DNA from: Oscillospiraceae bacterium
Lineage (GTDB): Bacteria > Bacillota > Clostridia > Oscillospirales > JAGBHD01
DNA: 64,000 bases
Assembly (NCBI GenBank): GCA_018110785.1
Contig: JAGBHD010000012.1
Coordinates: forward strand, 390 to 64,389
Direction: 5' to 3'
Below the pieces are notes generated by a model that saw only the letters and a list, made by a program, of their open reading frames with translations, was not told the DNA's origin and made no database searches. Positions within the stretch are counted from its first letter, which is position 1. Each line of letters opens with the position of its first letter. A program made the translations under genes and the position numbers. This document shows positions 18,515 through 27,557 of this stretch, in pieces.

Positions 18515-19597
18515 ATGGCAAACAGATTATTTCAGAGCGTTGTTTTTCAGATGAAGGATTCTATCGACCGAGTTATCGGCGTTATAGATGAGAACTTCGT
18601 TATTATTTCCTGCAGTGAGCTTATTAAGGTTGGAGAAACGGTTGACATTTCTCTTTTGGTTTCTCCTGAAGGCGGAACTATCGTTAAAGACGGATACACC
18701 TACAAAACCTTCGGAAACAAAAATAAATTCGAATATGCCGTTTTCGTTGAAGGAACCGATGAAGCTGCGGCTCGCTACTGCTCCCTTTTATCCGTTTCCT
18801 TTGCTTCCATTAAGCAATATTACGACGAAAAGTATGACAGGAATAATTTTGTTAAAAACATCGTACTCGATAATATTCTGCCCGGTGATGTTTACATAAA
18901 AGCAAGAGAGCTTCATTTCAACGCTGAGGTTTCAAGAGTTGCTATGCTTATTAAAATAGTATCTCCTACCGAGGTTTCGGCATTCAGCGTTGTTCAGAAT
19001 CTTTTCCCTGACAAGCAAAAGGATTTCATATTTACTGTCAGCGAAACAGATATTGTTTTAATTAAAGAAATAAATGCCGATATTTCTCCTAAGGATTTAG
19101 ACCATCTTGCAAATTCGATAGTTGACACTTTAGGCTCTGAATTCTACACAAAAGCCGTTGTTGGAATCGGAACTGCTGTTGTTGGTCTTAAAGAGCTTGC
19201 GCGCTCTTACAAAGAAGCGCAGATAGCTTTAGAGGTTGGCAAGGTTTTTGATACCGAAAAAAACATCATCAGCTATGATAATCTCGGAATCGCCCGTCTT
19301 ATCTATCAGCTTCCTACAACCCTTTGCGATATGTTTTTAAGAGAGGTTTTCAAGAAAGGTTCTATCGAATCGCTTGATCAAGAAACTCTTTTCACTATTC
19401 AGAAATTCTTTGAAAATAATCTGAATGTTTCGGAAACTTCAAGAAAACTCTTTGTTCATAGAAATACTCTTGTTTACCGCTTAGAAAAAATCAAAAAGCT
19501 CACAGGTCTTGACCTGAGAGAATTTGACCACGCTATTATATTCAAGGTAGCACTTATGGTTCAGAAATATCTTAAAGCTAATCCTATTAAATATTAA
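18515..19597 (+). CDS. PucR/CdaR-family transcriptional regulator
   Basis: C-terminal HTH NVSETSRKLFVHRNTLVYRLEKIKKLTGLDL typical of the PucR C-terminal domain. Confidence 0.8.
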   Translation: MANRLFQSVVFQMKDSIDRVIGVIDENFVIISCSELIKVGETVDISLLVSPEGGTIVKDGYTYKTFGNKNKFEYAVFVEGTDEAAARYCSLLSVSFASIKQYYDEKYDRNNFVKNIVLDNILPGDVYIKARELHFNAEVSRVAMLIKIVSPTEVSAFSVVQNLFPDKQKDFIFTVSETDIVLIKEINADISPKDLDHLANSIVDTLGSEFYTKAVVGIGTAVVGLKELARSYKEAQIALEVGKVFDTEKNIISYDNLGIARLIYQLPTTLCDMFLREVFKKGSIESLDQETLFTIQKFFENNLNVSETSRKLFVHRNTLVYRLEKIKKLTGLDLREFDHAIIFKVALMVQKYLKANPIKY

Positions 19598-19608
19598 GGA
19601 CTTTAATT

Positions 19609-20286
19609 ATGATAGAATTTAAAAATGTAGATTTCGCCTATGAATCGGACTCTCTGGTTTTAGAGAATATCAATCTTAAAATCAACGACGGTGAATTTGT
19701 TTTCATCGTTGGCTCTTCGGGAGCCGGCAAAAGCTCTATATTTAAGCTTTTGCGCCGCGAGGAGGTTGCTACCAAAGGCGAAGTTATCGTTGGAGGATAC
19801 AACCTTTCGCGCCTATCCAACAAGGATATTCCTACCTACCGCAGAACTCTCGGCGTTGTTTTTCAAGACTTCCGCCTTATAAAGAGTATGACGGTTTATG
19901 AAAACGTTGCTTTTGCGCTTCGCGTTACCAATGTTTCCTCAAGAGATATCCGCAGACGAGTTCCTTACATATTGGGGCTTGTTGGTCTTGGTCCCAAGGC
20001 GAAAAAATATCCCGACCAAATTTCGGGCGGCGAGCAACAGCGCGTTTCCTTAGCGAGAGCTTTGGTTAATAATCCCGCGCTTATTATTGCCGATGAGCCG
20101 ACCGGAAATATCGACCCCGCTTTAGCCTTTGACATTATGCATCTTCTTTTTGAAATTAACCGCGCCGGTACTACCGTTTTAGTTGTAACACACGATATGA
20201 AGCTCGTTGATAAATTCGGCGGACGAGTTATCACTATAGAAAACGGAAAGGTCGAGTCCGATGTTGTAAAGGAGTCGAAGCTATGA
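19609..20286 (+). CDS. ftsE: Cell division ATP-binding protein FtsE
   Basis: GSSGAGKSS Walker A, LSGGEQQRV signature, IIADEPTGNID. Followed by ftsX. Confidence 0.93.
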   Translation: MIEFKNVDFAYESDSLVLENINLKINDGEFVFIVGSSGAGKSSIFKLLRREEVATKGEVIVGGYNLSRLSNKDIPTYRRTLGVVFQDFRLIKSMTVYENVAFALRVTNVSSRDIRRRVPYILGLVGLGPKAKKYPDQISGGEQQRVSLARALVNNPALIIADEPTGNIDPALAFDIMHLLFEINRAGTTVLVVTHDMKLVDKFGGRVITIENGKVESDVVKESKL

Positions 20287-21179
20287 GAGGCGGTACATTC
20301 AGATACTTATCCAAACAGGGGCTTTCAAGCCTTTCAAAAAACAAGCTGATGACATTTGCTTCTATTGGTGTTCTTTCTGCTTGTCTATTTTTAATCAGCG
20401 CGGCGCTTTTGCTTTCGGTTAATCTAAACAGCATTATAAGATATGTTGAAGAACAAAATGAGATCGTTATTTTCTTAGATGATTTAAGCGAAGAAAAATT
20501 AGCCGAAGCCGATAATCAGATTCGCGCTATTGAGGGGCTGAATTCCGTTACCTTTGTTTCAAAGGCGGATGCTTTAAAAGAGCAAGCGGCAGAGCTCGGG
20601 GATGCAATTTTAGAGGGACTACAAGATGACAACCCCCTCCCCGATTCTTACAGAATAAAAATATCGGCTTACACCGATCTTGCTTTAACTGTTTCTTCTT
20701 TGGAGGCTATAGAGGGAGTTATACAGGTTAATGCCCCCTCAAATTTAGCCGAAACCTTAGCTTCCATAAGACAGACTGTTTTAATTATCAGCATTTCGGT
20801 TGTTACCGCCCTTATATTAGTTACAATGGTTGTTATTGCAAACACCATTAAGCTTACGGTTTTTGCAAGAAAGCTTGAGATAAACATAATGAAACAGGTT
20901 GGCGCGCGAAACAATTTCATTCGTTTTCCCTTTATGATAGAGGGCGGAACGCTGGGATTTTTAGCGGCAGTGGTTTCTATTATATTCTCGCTTTCGGCCT
21001 ATCAGGCAATTTTAGCGCTTACCGCAAAAGAATCAGCTTCCTGGATGAGCGCTGTTTACAACAATTTAATTCCGCTTGCTGATTTATGGTGGATCATTGT
21101 TATTATCAACATAACTATAGGAGTAATAACGGGGGTTATATCAACCATTGCCTCTGTAAAGAAACATTTGAAGGTGTGA
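20283..21179 (+). CDS. ftsX: Cell division permease-like protein FtsX
   Basis: 4-TM topology with a large first extracellular loop. Start overlaps the ftsE stop. Confidence 0.88.
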   Translation: MRGGTFRYLSKQGLSSLSKNKLMTFASIGVLSACLFLISAALLLSVNLNSIIRYVEEQNEIVIFLDDLSEEKLAEADNQIRAIEGLNSVTFVSKADALKEQAAELGDAILEGLQDDNPLPDSYRIKISAYTDLALTVSSLEAIEGVIQVNAPSNLAETLASIRQTVLIISISVVTALILVTMVVIANTIKLTVFARKLEINIMKQVGARNNFIRFPFMIEGGTLGFLAAVVSIIFSLSAYQAILALTAKESASWMSAVYNNLIPLADLWWIIVIINITIGVITGVISTIASVKKHLKV

Positions 21180-21191
21180 GGATTAATCTTT

Positions 21192-22367
21192 ATGAAGAAC
21201 AAACTTTTTCGCAGTTTACTTTCTTTCTCTCTGTGCTTCTTAGTTCTGCTCGCGCCCGCGGCTAACATTAAGTCTTCTGCGGCAACTCAGAGCGAACTTG
21301 AAGAACAGTTGGCAGAATTCGAGCGGCAAAAAGAAGAAATCAACAAAAAGCTTAATGACCTAAAAGCCGAAAAGGCAGACCAACAATCTTATCAGAATAC
21401 TCTTTCGCAAAAAATAAATCTTATGAATACTCAGCTGAATTCGCTTCAATCGGAAATTTCTACAATGAATACGCAGATTTTAACGATGGAAAACGAAATC
21501 GCTGAAAAAGAAAAAGAAATCAATGAAAATTGGGAGCTTTTCAAAGCAAGGCTCCGCGCTATCTATATGACAGACGACACATCATACATAGCCGCTGTTT
21601 TAGGCGCAGGAAGCTATTCGGATATGCTTATGAAAAGCGAGACTCTGAAAAGAATTTCCGAGCACGACAATGCATTGATAGCTGATTTACAGGCGGACAT
21701 TAAAAAAATTGAAGAAAACAAGGCAGGAATTGAAGAAAATAAGTCCTCCGTTGTTTCGATGAAGGCTATCGCTGAAGGTCAGCTTAGTGAGCTTGATGCG
21801 GCTTATGCGGAATCTGAACTTGCTTTAAGCCACATGAAAGATCAGGAATCGCAATACAACGAGGATATCGAAGCCATTCAGAGAGAAAAAGAAGCCGTTA
21901 TGAGAGAGATTGAGGCTATTATCAATCAGAACAACTCAGAAGGTACGGTTTCTTCGACTACCTGGACTTGGCCCGTTCCTACCAGCCGTTATATTACCTC
22001 TTATTTCAACGCTCTCGACTCTATCAGAGATTACAGAGCTCATACGGGAATAGATATTGCGGCGCCTAAAAACACGCCTATTGTTGCCGCAAACTCGGGA
22101 ACTGTTATAGCTGTTGTTACAAACTACACCCCCGGCGTTGGTTACGGTAAATATGTTATGATAGACCATGGAAGCAGCGTTTACACCCTTTATGCTCATT
22201 GCGAATCTATCTCCGCATATGTAGGACAGGTAGTATCTGCGGGGCAGACTATAGCATATGTTGGAACAACCGGAAATTCGAGCGGATATCATCTCCATTT
22301 CGGAGTAAGTATAAAGAAAAGCGGGGTAAACTATTGGCAGAACCCCTTGAACTATGTTTCAAGATAA
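21192..22367 (+). CDS. Coiled-coil M23 family metallopeptidase (EnvC/PcsB-like partner of FtsEX)
   Basis: Signal peptide, about 230 aa of heptad-rich coiled coil, C-terminal HTGIDIAAP and GYHLHF M23 motifs. Confidence 0.85.
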   Translation: MKNKLFRSLLSFSLCFLVLLAPAANIKSSAATQSELEEQLAEFERQKEEINKKLNDLKAEKADQQSYQNTLSQKINLMNTQLNSLQSEISTMNTQILTMENEIAEKEKEINENWELFKARLRAIYMTDDTSYIAAVLGAGSYSDMLMKSETLKRISEHDNALIADLQADIKKIEENKAGIEENKSSVVSMKAIAEGQLSELDAAYAESELALSHMKDQESQYNEDIEAIQREKEAVMREIEAIINQNNSEGTVSSTTWTWPVPTSRYITSYFNALDSIRDYRAHTGIDIAAPKNTPIVAANSGTVIAVVTNYTPGVGYGKYVMIDHGSSVYTLYAHCESISAYVGQVVSAGQTIAYVGTTGNSSGYHLHFGVSIKKSGVNYWQNPLNYVSR

Positions 22368-22403
22368 CAAAAGCAGCTTAATTTACTAAAGACAGGAGAA
22401 CCT

Positions 22404-23588
22404 ATGAATAAGAAAATATCTCTCGGAACTCTGATAAGCATTATAATTCTGGCAGTTGCGCTGACCTTTTCTTTAACCTTTGTTACAAGTCTTCAATATT
22501 TCAACACAAAGGTTAATAATCTTACCGAGCGCGAAAATATGTATAAAAAAATTCAAGAGATTGATGCGCTTGCGCGCTCTAGCTTCTACGAGGATATTGA
22601 GGAAGAATATCTTTTAGATTATATCTGCACAGGTTATGTTGCGGGACTTGACGATAAATACAGCGCTTATATGACTGCTGAAGAATATAACCGAATTGTT
22701 CAGCAAAACGCAGGAAGTATTGTTGGCGTTGGGCTTTCATTTACAAAGGACTCAAGCGGATATATAAATGTTACCAAGGTTTATAAGGACTCCCCTGCGG
22801 AAACAGCTGAAATTCAGGTTGGTGATACTATCGTTAAGATAGACGGAGTTGATACTACTTCCCTTTCCTTAACCGAGGCTACCAATATGATAAGCGGCGA
22901 AACAGGAACTAAGGTTTCTTTAGTTGTAAGGCATAGCGGCGAAGAGGTTACTCTCGATATTACCCGCCGCAAGATTACCTTACAGAGCGTTGAATCAAGA
23001 ATGATAGGTAACTACGGATATATTCGAATTCTGGAATTTAATGAATCTACCGTAGGACAGTTTAACGATGCGATGAATTCTTTACGCTCACAAAATGCTA
23101 TCGGCGTTATATTCGATGTAAGAAATAACACAGGCGGAACATTAAATTCTGTTTGCGATATTCTTGACACCCTGCTCCCTGCGGGACCTATCGTTTTAGG
23201 GGCAGATAAGCAGCCGCTTTACAACTCTGATGCTAATGAAATGGTTTTACCTGCGGTTTGCTTAATTAACGAGAACACAGTCTCTGCGGCAGAGCTTTTT
23301 GCTTCCGCTCTTAAAGATTACGGCAAGGCTTCTTTGGTTGGCAACACAAGCTTTGGCAAAGGCGTTATGCAGACCACATATCAGCTTACAGACGGAAGCG
23401 CTGTTCGCCTTACTACCGGTCTTTTCTATCCGCCTAAAGGCTCAAGCTTCAACGAAACCGGTATTATTCCCGACTACAGCGTTGTAATGTCGGCGGATAA
23501 GACCGCCTACCTCGAAACTCTTGACGAAAGCACCGATTCTCAGCTCTCAAAAGCTATAGAGGTTGTTTCGAGTTTAGCTATTAAATAA
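22404..23588 (+). CDS. S41 family C-terminal processing peptidase
   Basis: N-terminal TM, PDZ region, NENTVSAAELFASALKDYGKASLVGNTSFGKG. Confidence 0.88.
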   Translation: MNKKISLGTLISIIILAVALTFSLTFVTSLQYFNTKVNNLTERENMYKKIQEIDALARSSFYEDIEEEYLLDYICTGYVAGLDDKYSAYMTAEEYNRIVQQNAGSIVGVGLSFTKDSSGYINVTKVYKDSPAETAEIQVGDTIVKIDGVDTTSLSLTEATNMISGETGTKVSLVVRHSGEEVTLDITRRKITLQSVESRMIGNYGYIRILEFNESTVGQFNDAMNSLRSQNAIGVIFDVRNNTGGTLNSVCDILDTLLPAGPIVLGADKQPLYNSDANEMVLPAVCLINENTVSAAELFASALKDYGKASLVGNTSFGKGVMQTTYQLTDGSAVRLTTGLFYPPKGSSFNETGIIPDYSVVMSADKTAYLETLDESTDSQLSKAIEVVSSLAIK

Positions 23589-23600
23589 TTCGGAATTCTA

Positions 23601-23629
23601 TTGACAAAAAAGTATTTATATAATATTAT
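23601..23629 (+). promoter_or_regulatory. Putative greA promoter (TTGACA-17-TATTAT)
   Basis: Hexamers at 23601-23606 and 23624-23629. Confidence 0.55.
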
Positions 23630-23641
23630 ATTGTAGTATCT

Positions 23642-23678
23642 GCAGAAGCTCGCCGTAGGCGGCGCTTTTCTGCTTTTT
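23642..23678 (+). terminator. Terminator-like hairpin plus U5 inside the greA 5' leader
   Basis: GCAGAA(23642-47)/TTCTGC(23668-73) enclosing a GC-rich inner stem (GCTCGCC-GTA-GGCGGCGC), followed by TTTTT. Confidence 0.6.
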
Positions 23679-23704
23679 AGCTACAATAAAGGAGGATTTT
23701 TACT

Positions 23705-24178
23705 GTGGCAAAGGAAATTATCGTAACCGACGAAGGTCTTCGCAAACTTGAACTTGAGCTTGAAGAACTCAAAACCATTAAAAGAAAAGAAGTTGCTGAG
23801 AAAATCAAGGTGGCTCTCTCTTTCGGCGATCTCTCGGAGAACAGCGAATACGATGAAGCTAAAAACGAGCAGGCTTTCGTTGAATCGAGAATCGCAACCC
23901 TTGAAGCTATGCTTAAGGTTGCAAAGGTTGTTGATGAAAGTGAGCTTTCAACAGACAAGGTTGCTATCGGCTCTAAGGTTAAGGTTCTTAATGTAACAAG
24001 AAATACCGAGGCTGTTTATAACATTGTTGGCTCGACAGAATCTGACCCCTTAAAGGGAAAGATTTCCGATGAATCTCCTATCGGAAAGGCGCTTATAGGC
24101 GCTAAGGCAGGCGATGTTGTTTCGGTTGAGGCTCCCGCAGGAACAATAACTATCGAAATTCTCGAAATTAATAAATAA
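23705..24178 (+). CDS. greA: Transcription elongation factor GreA
   Basis: GTG start 9 nt after [22 protein letters not shown] coiled coil, [12 protein letters not shown] acidic tip. Confidence 0.93.
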   Translation: MAKEIIVTDEGLRKLELELEELKTIKRKEVAEKIKVALSFGDLSENSEYDEAKNEQAFVESRIATLEAMLKVAKVVDESELSTDKVAIGSKVKVLNVTRNTEAVYNIVGSTESDPLKGKISDESPIGKALIGAKAGDVVSVEAPAGTITIEILEINK

Positions 24179-24180
24179 TT

Positions 24181-24780
24181 ATGACATTTAAAGAGAAGGT
24201 ACGCAATATTTGGGACTATGATAAATGGTTTATTATAGGCGGAATATTTGTTGCGATTATGGTTTTTCTCTTTATTAAAGATGTTTTCTTTAAGGAAACT
24301 GCCGATTTTCAGATAGTTTCTGTTTCGGTCGGTTACCTATCAAAAGAAAATGTTGAAACAACCGAGCGCTATTTCAGCTCTTTTGCCCCTGATAAAGATG
24401 GCGATGGCGTTTCAACTGTTAATCTTTTAAATATTGAGTTTTCACCTGAGCATGCAAAAAATCCGCAGTTGGACCGCGATGCAAGTACCCAGCTTATTGC
24501 AGAATTAAGTTTACAGCAAAACTGCCTATTTATTATAGATAAAGCTAATTTCGAAGCTATTTGGAAGGGCGATTATTCTTCGCTTTGCGATTTATCTTCC
24601 CTTTCTGAAAAATTTGAAGAAGGCACCTTCTTTATTCCGATTAGTCAAACTGCGATAAAGGACAATCTTCCTTTTTATGATGAAGATTTGCTTTTTATAA
24701 TTCGCATTCCATATGACAATCGCTATAAAGATGATTATGAGCTTTATCTAAAGCTTGCAGAAAGCCTTTTGAATTCTTAA
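24181..24780 (+). CDS. Hypothetical membrane-anchored protein
   Basis: One N-terminal TM (WFIIGGIFVAIMVFLFI). No recognised motif and no obvious SD. Confidence 0.45.
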   Translation: MTFKEKVRNIWDYDKWFIIGGIFVAIMVFLFIKDVFFKETADFQIVSVSVGYLSKENVETTERYFSSFAPDKDGDGVSTVNLLNIEFSPEHAKNPQLDRDASTQLIAELSLQQNCLFIIDKANFEAIWKGDYSSLCDLSSLSEKFEEGTFFIPISQTAIKDNLPFYDEDLLFIIRIPYDNRYKDDYELYLKLAESLLNS

Positions 24781-24849
24781 ATAACTCTTGACAAAAAGGC
24801 GTTTTATCGGTATAATAATTGAAGCAGTTTAGGCGATTAGAGGAGTTTT

Positions 24850-25350
24850 ATGGTTTTATCTCTGAAGCAGGCATTCCTTAAAGAAGGTTTTGCCGAAGAA
24901 ATTAAATCAACCTTAAATCTTTCGGATTCCTCGCCTGACGATCCTTTAAAGGATCCTGTTAGGATTGAAGGAACCCTTAAAAACAGCGCCGGTACTGTTT
25001 TGCTCACACTTTCAGCAGATACCGTGCTTCGTTCGGTCTGCGCGAGATGCTTAGAGGAGATTTCCCTTCCTTTTTCGGGGGAATTTTCCCATGTTATCGT
25101 TGAAAACCTTTCTTCTGAAAAGAATGATGCGGATTTCATTATAGCAGAGAACGATGAATTAGATTTATGTGAGCTTGTTCGCAGCGACTTGCTGCTTACC
25201 ATTCCTCCGCGCTTTTATTGCAAAGAGGACTGCAAGGGGCTTTGCTCCATATGCGGAAAAAATTTAAATACCGACTCTTGCGATTGCAAACAAGAAGAGT
25301 TCGGAAGCGGCAAAAAGCTTAGCAATTTAAGTGAGTTATTAAACAAGTAG
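24850..25350 (+). CDS. YceD family protein (DUF177)
   Basis: C-terminal CKEDCKGLCSICGKNLN. Immediately upstream of rpmF, the classical arrangement. Confidence 0.85.
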   Translation: MVLSLKQAFLKEGFAEEIKSTLNLSDSSPDDPLKDPVRIEGTLKNSAGTVLLTLSADTVLRSVCARCLEEISLPFSGEFSHVIVENLSSEKNDADFIIAENDELDLCELVRSDLLLTIPPRFYCKEDCKGLCSICGKNLNTDSCDCKQEEFGSGKKLSNLSELLNK

Positions 25351-25373
25351 GATAAATTAAGGAGGTTTTAAAC

Positions 25374-25556
25374 ATGGCAGTACCGAAGAGAAAAGTTTCC
25401 CGTGCCAGAAGAGATAAAAGACGTTCCAACGTCTGGAAGCTCCCCGCACCTGCGCTTTCAAAATGTCCTCAGTGCGGAGAATATAAAGCTCCCCACACCG
25501 TTTGCGGAAGCTGCGGATATTATAAGGGCGTAGAAGTTATTAAAAAAGATGCTTAA
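25374..25556 (+). CDS. rpmF: 50S ribosomal protein L32
   Basis: MAVPKRKVSRARRDKRR, CxxC...CxxC zinc ribbon. Confidence 0.95.
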   Translation: MAVPKRKVSRARRDKRRSNVWKLPAPALSKCPQCGEYKAPHTVCGSCGYYKGVEVIKKDA

Positions 25557-25563
25557 ATAAAGC

Positions 25564-25595
25564 AAAAAAACCGATGTAATCCATCGGTTTTTTTA
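25564..25595. terminator. Bidirectional terminator
   Basis: A7-CCGATG-loop-CATCGG-T7 between convergent genes. Confidence 0.85.
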
Positions 25596-25599
25596 TTTT

Positions 25600-26190
25600 T
25601 TAGGCTTGTATTTTATCTAATGTCATAAAGAAGCTATCGAGATAAAGCTCAATAAACAAATCGGCTTCGGGGATATTCATTTTTTTAAGAGCTTCGATTT
25701 GGGATTTATAGGCATCGGTAAATTCTTTATTGCCCGCCTCTATCTCCTCGCGGCATTTTATAATTGCCGAAATTCTGTCTGCCGCTTTGCAAATGAGCTT
25801 TACTTCTTCGTTTTCAGGGCGAATATAGCTTTCATATTCATCTCTGAAATCCTCAGGCAAAAGAGATAATATTTTATCCTCAGATATTTTTTCTATATCC
25901 TTATATACCTTTCTTATTGACTCATTATAATATTTTACCGGAGTTGGCATATCCCCCGTTAAGGTTTCGGGGCAATCATGATAAAGGGCTGAGAGAACTA
26001 CCGCTTTTTCATCATAGCTTTTAGAAAAGCGCTTTTTACCTATAACCATAATAGCATGGGCTATAGCCGCTGTATCAAAGCTATGCTCTTTAAGATTTTC
26101 ATTTCTGACATTTCTCATTAAGCTCCAGCGGTTTATATATTTCATTCTGAAGAGCATACTCATAAAATTGCTTTTTTTCATTTTCTTCAC
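25600..26190 (-). CDS. HD-domain 5'-deoxynucleotidase (YfbR-like)
   Basis: RWSLMRNVRNENLKEHS, LYHDCPETLTGDMPTPVK. Confidence 0.85.
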   Translation of the reverse strand: MKKMKKSNFMSMLFRMKYINRWSLMRNVRNENLKEHSFDTAAIAHAIMVIGKKRFSKSYDEKAVVLSALYHDCPETLTGDMPTPVKYYNESIRKVYKDIEKISEDKILSLLPEDFRDEYESYIRPENEEVKLICKAADRISAIIKCREEIEAGNKEFTDAYKSQIEALKKMNIPEADLFIELYLDSFFMTLDKIQA

Positions 26191-26305
26191 CTACCATTAT
26201 AGTTATGATATCAAGCTTTTTTAAAAAAGTCAATCTGCTAAAAAAGACTATCAATTTCCAAATTTATATGCTAAAATAAAATAAACTAAATTTTAAGAGG
26301 TTTTT

Positions 26306-27079
26306 ATGATAAATATATTATTTGTTGGAGATATTGTAGGCGATGGCGGTTGCAAAATTTTTAAGGAAACCTTAGCCGCCTTAAAAGCAAAAGAAAAGAT
26401 TGACGCTGTTATTGTTAACGGAGAAAATTCCGACAACCGAAACGGTATCAGCAAATCAAGCGCGGAATATCTTTTCTCTGCGGGCGCTGATGTTATAACC
26501 GGCGGAAATCACTCCTTTAGAAATAATGATATTTTAGAAATGATGGATAGCGAAGAGGCTTTGCTTCGCCCCGAAAACTATTCTAAAAAGGCTTCGGGGC
26601 ACGGTGTTTGCATTATTGACAAGCTTTCTTATAAAATTATGGTTTTAAACCTCGCAGGAAGAATTTATATGGACCCTGCCGAAGACCCTTTTTCTACTGC
26701 TAAAAATATTATTTCAAAGCATTCCGACTGCGCTGTTAAAATAATAGATTTTCACGCTGAGGCTACAAGCGAAAAAGCGGCACTTGCCCATTATCTTAAA
26801 GGTTCTGTTTCGGCGGTTTTGGGCACACACACCCATATACCTACCGCTGACGCGCAAATTATGGAGGGCGGAACAGCCTTTATAACCGATGTTGGAATGA
26901 CGGGACCACGACATTCTATTTTAGGGGTTGAGGTTGAAAATATAGTACAAAAATTCATTACGGGTATGCCCGTTCGCTTCCATCAGGCGAAAGGCGATTG
27001 TGTATTTTGTGGAATCTTGTTATCGGTTGACGAAAAAACAGGTAAAACTGCACAAATAAAACCTATCAATACCATATAA
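26306..27079 (+). CDS. ymdB: YmdB-like metallophosphoesterase (TIGR00282-type)
   Basis: ILFVGDIVG, VNGENS, GGNH, DFHAEATSEK, GTHTHIPTAD. Followed by spoVS as in Bacillus. Confidence 0.88.
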   Translation: MINILFVGDIVGDGGCKIFKETLAALKAKEKIDAVIVNGENSDNRNGISKSSAEYLFSAGADVITGGNHSFRNNDILEMMDSEEALLRPENYSKKASGHGVCIIDKLSYKIMVLNLAGRIYMDPAEDPFSTAKNIISKHSDCAVKIIDFHAEATSEKAALAHYLKGSVSAVLGTHTHIPTADAQIMEGGTAFITDVGMTGPRHSILGVEVENIVQKFITGMPVRFHQAKGDCVFCGILLSVDEKTGKTAQIKPINTI

Positions 27080-27114
27080 TTCTGACAAACTTTCATTTAT
27101 CCTCTTGCTTTGTG

Positions 27115-27143
27115 TTGAAAATTCTTTTCGTTAGTGTTAATAT
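27115..27143 (+). promoter_or_regulatory. Putative spoVS promoter (TTGAAA-17-TAATAT with TGn)
   Basis: Hexamers at 27115-27120 and 27138-27143. Confidence 0.5.
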
Positions 27144-27180
27144 AGTATGGTAAAGTTAAAATACGAGAAAGGGATATTGT

Positions 27181-27441
27181 ATGGAGATTCTTAAAGTATC
27201 ATCTCGATCCGTACCTAATTCGGTAGCAGGCGCTATTGCAGGCGTTGTCCGCGAGAACGGATCGGTAGAGATCCAGGCCGTAGGCGCCGGAGCAGTTAAT
27301 CAGGCTATTAAAGCCATTGCTGTTGCCAGAGGTTATTTAGCACCGACAGGAATCGATGTTGTTTGCATCCCCTCTTTCTCCGCCGTTACTATCGACGAAG
27401 AAGAGAGAACCGCAATCAAGCTTATCGTTGAGCCTAGATAA
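27181..27441 (+). CDS. spoVS: Stage V sporulation protein S
   Basis: MEILKVSSRSVPNSVAGAIAGVVRE...AVNQAIKAIA, 86 aa. Confidence 0.93.
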   Translation: MEILKVSSRSVPNSVAGAIAGVVRENGSVEIQAVGAGAVNQAIKAIAVARGYLAPTGIDVVCIPSFSAVTIDEEERTAIKLIVEPR

Positions 27442-27456
27442 ACAAAAACCTATTTT

Positions 27457-27497
27457 AAGCAGTCTTGTTTCTTTTGAAACAGACTGCTTATTTTTTT
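27457..27497 (+). terminator. Intrinsic terminator after spoVS
   Basis: AAGCAGTCTTGTTTC-TTTT-GAAACAGACTGCTT followed by T7. Confidence 0.85.
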
Positions 27498-27557
27498 GTT
27501 GTTATAACGCTTAGTTTATGGTATAATGATTAAAAATTATTAAAAATCGGAGTATTT

